Origin: Antechinus flavipes
Lineage: Eukaryota
Assembly: GCF_016432865.1 (NCBI RefSeq)
Contig: NC_067398.1
Coordinates: 654,720,001-654,784,000 of the forward strand
Length of the DNA: 64,000 nt
Reading direction: 5' to 3'
Both the position numbers and the translations under genes were made by a program. The notes beneath the pieces are model-generated. The model was not told where the DNA came from, searched no databases, and saw nothing but the letters and a program-made list of their open reading frames with translations. This document shows, piece after piece, positions 55,164 to 64,000 of this stretch. Positions within the stretch are counted from its first letter, which is position 1. The number at the start of each line of letters is the position of its first letter.

Positions 55164-58100
55164 TCACGTGGGTCTGTGGTCGGGGTGGCTCTTGAGCTTG
55201 TGAAACTTGACGCTGTCCATCTTCTCAAAGCGCTTACCACAGCGCTCACAGGTGAAGTTGTACTGCACCTCAGCCGTGTGCTTCTTCATGTGCCAATTCA
55301 AGGATGCTCTCTGGCGACACTGGTAACCACAGATCTCACACCTGGGGACAAGCAGGGACAGAGGTGAGGCTGTCAAGGGTCTCAGCCACAGCCTGAGGAG
55401 GAGACTCACTCCCTCAATCTCCCTGAGTCTGAGCAAGGAGAAGGCAGCAGGGAGGACTGACTCCAGTGGGGAGAAGGCCCAACCTTCCCTGGGGCCAAGA
55501 ACCCTGGAGGGATACTTTGGGCTGAGGAGAGAAAGCCATCACTCACTGCAAAGGGGTTTCTCCTGTATGTGTCCTTCGATGAACCTCGAGGTGATTTTTT
55601 CGCTTGAAGGACTTCCCACAGGTTTCACATGTAAATTCTCGGACACCTGGAAATACAACCCAAAGCCCCAGGGATTGAAGGTTAAAAATTCATTCTTAAG
55701 GTATATTCACCCATTCATGACAACTCAAAAGGGTCCCTGAGGAAAAAGCTTTATTCCCCCTACCAGCCTGGAAATCTGATGGAATGGTTAAAAAAATCCT
55801 TGTTTGTTGTGCTGGACCGAATATTATTGTAGACAAGATTACCCTAGATGAGGGAAAGCACTCTGAGATTAGAGGGACTCAAAGTGGATTGAGCCCAGGT
55901 GTGCCCACTATATCTCCAACTTCTTTATCCCAACCAAATCTAATTCCACAATTCCATGGGCCCAACCTGAATGGATGATCATGTGCCTTCGAAGGTGATT
56001 GGATAAGTAGAACTTCTTGCCACAACCTGGGTGAGGACACACTTTCGTTTTCCCCTTCCGGTGGACAAGGTTCACATGATTCTGCAGTAGAAAAATCCAC
56101 AAATGACGAGTGGGATGGGGATAGAAACAGACAGTGTGCAAACTGTGGCCAAATGATTCCAAAGGAACTTCTGTCCTTGTCCTTAAGATATTCCCAAGAG
56201 AGTGGGTGACCCATAGGGGAGAGAAGAGAGAACACAAGAGACTTCAAACAGGGCCCCAGCAGGCCCTGGAGATACAAAGGCAGATACAAAGTCCTTAGCT
56301 CACGGATTTCTTAGAGCAGCCCTAGTGAGGGGCTGAGGACACATCTGCAGAGTTAAAGGATAATGTTCTCCCCAAGATTTCCTCTCCCCTTTCTAGAACA
56401 TCTGATAAATGTCAAAACTATCCCAGATCTTTCACTCTTATACTTCAATGGCCTGAAAGGATAGGTCTGACCACATCACTCCTCTGCTAAAAAATCTTCA
56501 GGGACTCGTCACTTTTAAGATAAAATGCAAACATCTCCCCTTAATAATAACAGCTCCCATGTATAGAGCAGCATTCCATCTAGCTTCAAATCCCTTGTCT
56601 AATGCCCTTCCCAACATCACCCCTGGAGGAGGGGCTGTCATCAGCCTCATCAGACACACGGGGGTCCCTGACCAGAATCTCTCAGCTGATCAGCACCGTC
56701 TTGTCTCAAACTCCACCCACAGGATAACACCTCCCAGCCTACAGGATCAGCTTCATTGCCCAGGCTTCTCAAGGTGACTTCCCTTTCCCCTGAGTTCTAG
56801 CTATCCATTTCCTGAATCCCTGTCTTTGTGCTGGATGTTGCACCTGTAGAGAAACCCTCCTCCTATTTCCCTAGTTGATGGAGCTCTCTTAAGGTAGGCT
56901 GTCCTGACCCAGAGGCACCAGCCCAAAAGACATCTCCCCCAGCCTGTCTCCCCAGGGCTCGGCACAACAAGTGCTTGATGTGTGCTTGTTAATTAAACAA
57001 AAGGCAAAGGAAGTGGAGAGGCCTGGCGTACCTGGAAGCTGCTCAGGGCTACATAGACCTGACTACAGCCTTCATAGGGGCAATGAAACATCTCCAGCAG
57101 GCCATCAGCATCTGTGGCACGGCCCCGCCTGCTGCGCCGCCTCCTGAGGGCAGGGATTGGGGGGAGGGGGGGGGAAGGAAGAGGGGGAAAGAAGCAGAAA
57201 ACATGTCAGGCCAAGCTCCAGCCTTCAACCAGAGGATACCACTGCTCTCCTCTTTGCCTCTTTTCTGACTTTTGCTTAGGCTCGAGGCTGAGGAGCCCTG
57301 AATGTTGCTGTCCTTGGCACAAGCAGGCCCCAGGAGACCCCCTACTACCCATTCCTCCCCAGGTATTCCCAGAGATCCAGCCTGACTCTGTCCCTCCTGG
57401 CAATTAGCTCCCTGACAGAGGCACGTGTATGTGTGTGCACACGGGCCTAGATTCAGAGTATGTGTGCGTGAGTGTGTGCGCACATGGGCATGGGTTGGGG
57501 CCCTGTTCTCCCCCAGGCTCTGCTGGCTAGAGAAGCGTCCGAGTCTGTCCCCGCAGTCTCAGCCCTTAGGTCTTGAGAGCCAGTGTCCCTCACTGTGTCA
57601 TGTCCAAGCATCACTTCTGACAACAGAGCCAACAGCCCATTGCCATGCTGTGCCCACCCCACCCAGGGTGGCCCAGGAGGAGCCCGGGCTGCCCCCCACT
57701 GCCCTCCCCCTTTTTGCATGGCCACACGCTTATGGGTGATGCACACACTCACTTCTCAGGCTCCTTGGGAATCTCATAAATGATGGCTGACATGTCATTG
57801 CTGTCTAACTCCTCAGGCTCGGGCTCCATGTTCTCAGCCACTGTCTCTAACTCCTCCAGTTCTGGGGAAGACAACTCCTCTTTCTCTTCCTTCTTGAGGA
57901 CATAGAGTTCTTCCTTCTCTGGGAACAGGGAAAGTTACACATTAGTACTAGGTCCAGGCTGAGAGGGTCTCTCCTCTTGGGGAGCCCCCAAATGTGGCTG
58001 TGGGTGGGCCCTACCAGGGTTAAGAACTCAAGGATTGGGCCTCAGCCAAGCCAGGCTGCAGCAGGGCCCTGCCTCTGGGCCTGCAGAGAAGGCTCACTAG

Positions 58101-61100
58101 TGACCTGGACAGCGGGGCTGCCCGGAGCCTGCAGAGAAAGCTCATTGGCCACCCAGCTTACCTGCAACCAAATGCCAACCTCCTCCTCCTCCTCCTTCCT
58201 CCCACTCTTCCCCACCCAGGACAATTTCCATCTCAATAGGGTCAAGGAGCAGCATCTCTTTGCCTCTGTTCCCACCCCAGTGGCCCAAGGCCCCTCTTTC
58301 CCACCTATCTGTCCTACACTCTCATGATTCAGAGCTAGCAGGGAATTGGGAGATCATTAAGTCCAACACTTTGGTTTTGACAGATGAGCCCCAGAAGCAA
58401 CTTGACTTGCCTAAGGTCCGTCTCACAGGCAGTGTGACTGGCAGAGGAGGGATTCAAACCCAGGGCCTCTGACACTCCAAATCCAGGGCTGTTTCCACTA
58501 CACCAGGCTGCCTTGTCTTCACTGGCATGTGTGGACATGGGTGCTGTGCAGCAGTCAAGGGCAGGCTGCCCACCTTCTGCTCCTCGGGGGTGCGGCCCTC
58601 CCTGGTCCCTGATCCCTCCCCCAGGGGCCCAGGACAGGGTTCTGCCTGGGGTCAACTGGCTGACCTGAGGGAGGCCCAGGAAGGGTGGGGAGAGGAACTG
58701 AGAGGAGGGAAAAGAGAGACCTTTTTTGGTTTCTATACACGCCATGCTCTCCGCGGGGCCGCAGGGGTCAGGCAGACGGCCTTCGGGCTCAGTCTGGGTG
58801 TAGGCGGCCACGCCCTCAATCACAGCACAGGGCACCTCTTCTCCACTGCCGCCACCACTGGCCACATTCAAGTGAATGCCCTCTGCTGCCAGAGCATCAT
58901 AGCCAGGGCCCGCGATAATGATCACCTGAGAGCCTGGCACCATCCCTGGCACAGGACAGCTGGCCACCATCTCGCCCAAAGCTTCCTGGGGCACACTGTC
59001 AAACAAGGCACTGTGGCCTGTGCCCACCTGGACCGGCACAGGCACACACACCACAGTCTCCATGCTCTCGGGACCACTGGTGGTTGGGCTATGGCACAGG
59101 GGTGTGCCCTGCTCCGCTGTCAAGTTGTCCATGTGGTGTTCAAAGGGAATGTGGATGCCGTCCTGTGTGATGAGCCCACTGCTGCTGCCCTCAGGGGCTG
59201 GGGGAGGTGGCGCAGCTGGCACCGGGGAGGCTCGCACAGTCTGAGCCCGTCCATCAGAATCTGAGTCAGATTGAGACTCTGAGGAGTCTGAACTTCCAGC
59301 CCCCAAGCCATTGCCCACTGTGGAAATAAAGAAAAAACAGGGACATCACGACCCTTACGAAGCAGACCTGACCCAGCAAACATACTCCTGGTCGTTCTCC
59401 CTGCAAGGATCTCAAGCACACATAAGAATCTGAGTCGTGCAGTAACTCTAACAGCTAGTATTCATAGAGGACCTACTACGTGCCAGACACTCTAACTGCT
59501 TTAATGTTAGCATTTAATTCTCACCACAGTCCTTTGAGGTAGGTGTTTATTATCCCCATTTTATGGATGGTTTGAACTCATGCCTTCCTGACTCCAGGCC
59601 CAGTGTCTCCTAAGCATCCCCTTAACAAATGCTATACTTATTCCTGTTTGAGTGATCACTCCTTACCATAAAAACTTATCTGTCCCTTATCACACACCAC
59701 TCAAAACTACTTTCTGACCCATATATGTGAATTTTTTCTCAAAAGACACAAGAGGGACTGAATTCTCTCCTTTCCCCTCTCTTCGGCCTTTAGAGAACCT
59801 AACACAGGGCTAGCAGGCACCAAATCCATGCTATCTGGGGAGAGGAGATGCCAATTAAGGAGTAGGCAACTTCATTCAGAGAGAGAGATGAAAAGAGAAA
59901 TAAGCTGTGAGCTCACTTCGACAGCGTGCCTTCTGAGGGGGAGACTAACGCCGCCTCAGGATAAGGAGTGAAAAGAGGTGTGTCCCAGGGCCCTGGGCTA
60001 AGGCATCCCTACCTCTGTCACTCTCGTTCTCCGAATCACTGAGCGGCTTCAGAGGTGAGTGGAGGTCCTGGAAGTACCGGTGTCCTGCCTCACACTGCCA
60101 CACTGCTGTGGTATAAAGCCCAAAGGTGGGGTCCAGCTCTGCCAGGTGAGGCTCATAGGGACAGCGGTTCTTGTGATCCTCATACCAGATCACCATGTTC
60201 TTTAGACAGTTCACATTACGCCTCCTTCCTAGGAAAGGAGAAAGGCAAATGGAACAATGCTTGCAAGAGGCAAGTCTACAAGCCCTTTCTCTACTGTGAA
60301 GATTTGGGGAACAGAAATATTCAAGCACAGAGATCATCGCCCACCTCCTCCCAAGAGGAAATGGATCTTGCCCAGGGAGACAAGTCCCAATTGGCCACCA
60401 CTATTCATGTCAGCACCACCCTCCTTCTAGTCACTGGGAGAGGCCTTATCTGTAAGAACACAAAGTAGGAAGGTAGATAGGAAAGGCTGGCTGTGGTCCC
60501 CCAAGAATCTGGGTCCTCTTATGTTGGCAGGGGACTGGACAGTAAACTCTCTCTTGCCAACACCTGGCAGGCATGTTGCTCAGTCAAACTACTTGAGGAC
60601 AGTAGGATTCCACTAGCATAGGAATGAGGGGAAAAAAAGGGAGGACTTTCCCAAAAGGGTATACCTGCAACACTGTGGTCAGCTTGAACCCCCAGAGCTA
60701 ATCTATTCTCAAAGAAGGCTCTGGGATATCAGGGCTTATTAATAAAAGCAGAAGTTCACATTTTTCTCTTTGGGTCAGTGAATTGATCCTTAAAGCCCCA
60801 AACCTCCCCATAGTGCAGTTATCATACAGCTGCTAGAAAGCATGTCAAGGCCTGAGAGATAGTGTCCTGCAATAGGTGCACCCTTATAAAGGGTCAGAGA
60901 AGGGAGAGAGGAAAAGGTGGCTACCAAAATTTCAATTCCTTCAGGAGTCAAAGACTGTTCTCCAAACAAATAACACTCCTTCCAGTTAAATGAGTCATAC
61001 CTTTCAATGGTCACAGCTGAAATTCCCAAAATCTTTCAGTCACTTGGACCCACAATCCCCCTGCCTTTCTAGCAATTAGGGCACAACTACTGTCTAGCCC

Positions 61101-63747
61101 ATGGAAAAAGAACAGAGCCACTGAGGAGGGTCAGAGGAGAGAACAGGGTAAATCTAGCTCTGAATGGAGCCACCAGCAGAGTTCCTTGCTCCCTCCATTC
61201 TCCTGAGCCTACCTGAAAGATTGTACACTGCTGAAAGATAGAGGAAATAAAGGTTCACTCCTCTAACTCATTAGCATTACTGCTCCTCCATTCCCTGGAC
61301 AAATCACAAGTCTTAGGCCCCATTACCCACTTACTCTTCTTCCGCTTTGGCTTTTTGGGGACTTGCTCCCAAGGCTTCCTGTAACAGAGAGAAGCAGCAG
61401 CGAGTGAGAGGGCCGAGCTAGGATCTTTGAAGGTCTTCTCATTGGACAGCAGAAGGGCTATCTGGTGGTGGAAGGGCCCACGGTATATGGATAAGGGGAT
61501 AACATGAAGAGGCCCTCAAAATCAGAGAAAAGATAACCTTGAAATCAGGGAGGCCAGACTGGGAGGAAGGCTCCAGGGGAAGAACAGGGAAGAGTGTGCA
61601 TGGTGGGAACAAGGCCTAAGGAAGTTTGAACCCGCTCCTCCTCCGTGGTAACCATCCCGTCTCTCCTTCCTTCTGCTGCAAAACACTTAAACCATAATAA
61701 GAATAATTCTTTTGTGGGGAAGTGCTTTGCCCACAACAATCTGTGTGCGAGAGCACAGTCTCTTCACTCTCATTTTCTTTGTGGAAACTGGGGCTCAAGA
61801 AGGTTACAGAACTTTCCCAGAATCACAACTAGTGCAGGATTTAAATAGGGATCTCCTGACCTCAAGTTCATCTCTCTCTCCATTACATGTCACCATCTCA
61901 CTTGCAATGTACACCCAATATCTTCTTCTCAGGAGCTGCCTCCTCTACCCCCTAACCCTTCACTAATATCTCCAACTAGCTTTTCCGAGACTCAGTTTTT
62001 AATTTATAAAATGGGGACAATAAAATTTACACTACCTCACAGGGTATGCGGTGAGGAGTCTTTGTCATAAAAATGTCCAGTCAAGCAAAACACATCAACC
62101 TATTGGCCAATATCTAAAAATATTTTATACATTCCTAAACATATGCTTCATTCTGTACTTACTGCCCACGACCACATTTCAGACAGGCTTTTCTACTAAG
62201 TTCTTTGAAGTCGTAACAGTTACTACATTGGTCAGAATGGCTGATAAATAATTATAGAAAATTCCCATGGCATTTAATCAACCTTCGTCCTTCTATATTT
62301 CCCAGTATCATTCAATCAATCAACCAACACTTATTAAGCACCTATTAAGTCAGGAGTACAAGATACAGAAACAAAAGTTAATCCCTGCCTTTAAATAATT
62401 TACATTCCCTGGGCCATCCCTTCTTTCTTGTAGAATTACCCTTCTTTAGTGCCTCCGACACTGCTCTCTCCCAGTTCTCTTCCCACGCCTCTGTTTCCCT
62501 GTAGGATTTACTGGTGTTCCACCCCCAGATACTGGGGTTCCATTATGACAATAATAGCTGACATTTGTACATAATTCAGTGTTTGAAAAGTGCTTTACAC
62601 ACATTACCTCCCGCTGTAAAATCTCAGAGGCCCTCAAAAGTCACCTACTCAATTCAGTAAGCCTTCATTAAACACCTACTATGTGCCAGGTACTGTTCTG
62701 AGTGCTGAACTAATTTAGCTCATACCTAAATAGGTTATTTCCTGAAAAGTGTTCATCCAGCCTCTGTTTGAAGGCTTCCAATGACAGGGAACTCTAGCAC
62801 CTTCTGAGACCATTCTCCTTTTAGATGGCTCTTAGTGTTGGCAAGATTTTCCTTATGTTGGCCAGCCTCTCTAATTTATATGCATTTACTCTAGCTTCGC
62901 TCCCCGGAGTCAAACAGGACAAGTCTAGTTCTCTTCCAACATTCATTCCTCCTGAGGCAATCTTATTCTCCAAGCAGAGGGCTCCCGAAGCCCCACGTCC
63001 CGTTCCAACCTTTCCCCAAGCGTCCCCTAAATGTCTCACCCTCACCCCCAAACACACCGGCGGCTGTCACAGGGGCGTGCCCAGCACGCCAGGAGTGCTC
63101 CGGGAGAAGCCTCCCCTGCACCGCTCCTGTGTGCACGCTGCCTGCCCATCAGGCGAGGGCTCCTCTGGGGCACGGGCCCTTTTCTGCCCTTCTCTGCGTC
63201 CCCCGTGCTCCGCCCAGTGCCTGGCACGTAGTAGGCGCTTCGTGAGTCCTAGCTGCCTCGCCTTCCTCTCCGAGGCTGTGGCCGCTCCCGGGCCCCCGGC
63301 CAGCTCGACACCGAGCTCCTGCACAAGTCTCCCGGAACCCCGCGGGGTCTGGGCCCCCTCCTTCCCCGTCTCCCTCCCGCGTGCGCCCCGGCGGTGCGCT
63401 GCCGGCTGGTCCGGGGGGGAGGGGGCCGGGCCTCACCCGTGGCGTCCGCTGCGCTGNNNNNNNNNNNNNNNNNNNNNNNNNNNNNNNNNNNNNNNNNNNN
63501 NNNNNNNNNNNNNNNNNNNNNNNNNNNNNNNNNNNNNNNNNNNNNNNNNNNNNNNNNNNNNNNNNNNNNNNNNNNNNNNNNNNNNNNNNNNNNNNNGCCG
63601 CACCCGGTCAGACTCGGTGAGGCGCGGCCTGCCCCGGGCCTTACGGCCCGCCGCGCCCTCCTCGGCCGCCGCCTCCCCGCTGCCCTCGCCCTCGGCCCCA
63701 GTCTCCGTCTCGGCCTCGGCCTCGGGCTCCGGCGTCCGCTCCGCCAT
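55164..63747 (-). CDS. ZNF653: ZNF653 (Zip67), AT-hook plus C-terminal C2H2 zinc-finger transcription factor; 9 coding exons, about 612 aa; exon 1 contains an N gap
   Basis: Exons (minus): 63437-63747 ([25 protein letters not shown] [gap] QRSGRHG), 61335-61378 ([14 protein letters not shown]), 60013-60228 ([16 protein letters not shown]), 58721-59317, 57753-57918 ([14 protein letters not shown]), 57032-57143 ([19 protein letters not shown]), 55967-56081 ([19 protein letters not shown]), 55547-55646 ([19 protein letters not shown]), 55164-55341 ([18 protein letters not shown]). Phases are consistent. Confidence 0.95.
56430..57000 (+). mobile_element. L2 LINE fragment in ZNF653 intron 6
   Basis: gtctgaccacatcactcctctgctaaaaaatcttcagggactc..ggcacaacaagtgcttgatgtgtgcttgttaattaa, an L2 3' end pattern. 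Confidence 0.55.
62710..62960 (-). mobile_element. CR1/L3 LINE 3' fragment in ZNF653 intron 1
   Basis: ttgaaggcttccaatgacagggaactc..gatggctcttagtgttggcaagattttccttatgttg..caggacaagtctagttctcttcc. Confidence 0.5.
63457..63596. other. Assembly gap (140 N) within ZNF653 coding exon 1
   Basis: Run of N. Confidence 1.
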
Positions 63748-64000
63748 CCCCCCCCCTCCCTGGTTACAGCCTCTCCCGTTGTTAGGAACCCGACCGGAAG
63801 TGGCGACGATCATCCGCGCCCGCCGGGAAAAATTTAACCCGGCGCTCGCGAAAAAGAGCCCCCGACGCATTGAGTGCGTCTGCGCGAGCCCTGCCCCCTT
63901 CCTGGCCAGAGCGTGGACCCAATCGTCCGGAAGAAGGGAAGGTTAGAAAGGGGAGATTGGCGTGAGTGAACGAAATGCCCAAGGTCGTCCGGAGCCACTG
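63748..64000 (-). promoter_or_regulatory. ZNF653 CpG-island promoter / 5' UTR
   Basis: CpG-rich sequence upstream of the ATG at 63747, with the ETS/GABP-type motif accggaagtg at about 63793-63802. Confidence 0.6.

Noticed and set aside
58527-59264. 245-aa plus-strand ORF
   Set aside because: It is the antisense shadow of ZNF653 exon 4.
62825-63946. 373-aa plus-strand ORF
   Set aside because: It spans a CR1 relic, a CpG island and an N gap, and is antisense to ZNF653 exon 1.

Overview
This is a GC-rich vertebrate genomic window, almost certainly marsupial, because it contains a MAR1-type CORE-SINE with an RTE-like tail among MIR, L2 and CR1 relics. It holds five multi-exon genes in the order I recall from human 19p13.2: RGL3 (-, 3' end runs off the window), ODAD3/CCDC151 (-), PRKCSH (+, head-to-head with ODAD3), ELAVL3/HuC (-, tail-to-tail with PRKCSH) and ZNF653 (-). 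I traced all coding exons by hand to GT-AG junctions with consistent phases. Protein identities rest on my recall of the human orthologues, not on a database search. Two assembly gaps are present (32659-32789 and 63457-63596). There are no prokaryotic-type systems and no convincing tRNA, rRNA or CRISPR. The best leads are regulatory. (1) A minisatellite in RGL3 intron 2 was built by amplifying the exon-2 splice donor itself, giving about 14 extra CAG|GTGAGG sites. (2) A candidate 45-nt poison exon lies in ELAVL3 intron 4. (3) An orphan CCAAT/X-box promoter upstream of ELAVL3 carries splice donors on both strands. (4) ELAVL3 also has an RE1/REST site, a UG-rich intron-3 tract and tandem poly(A) sites. 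All of these are hypotheses from sequence alone.
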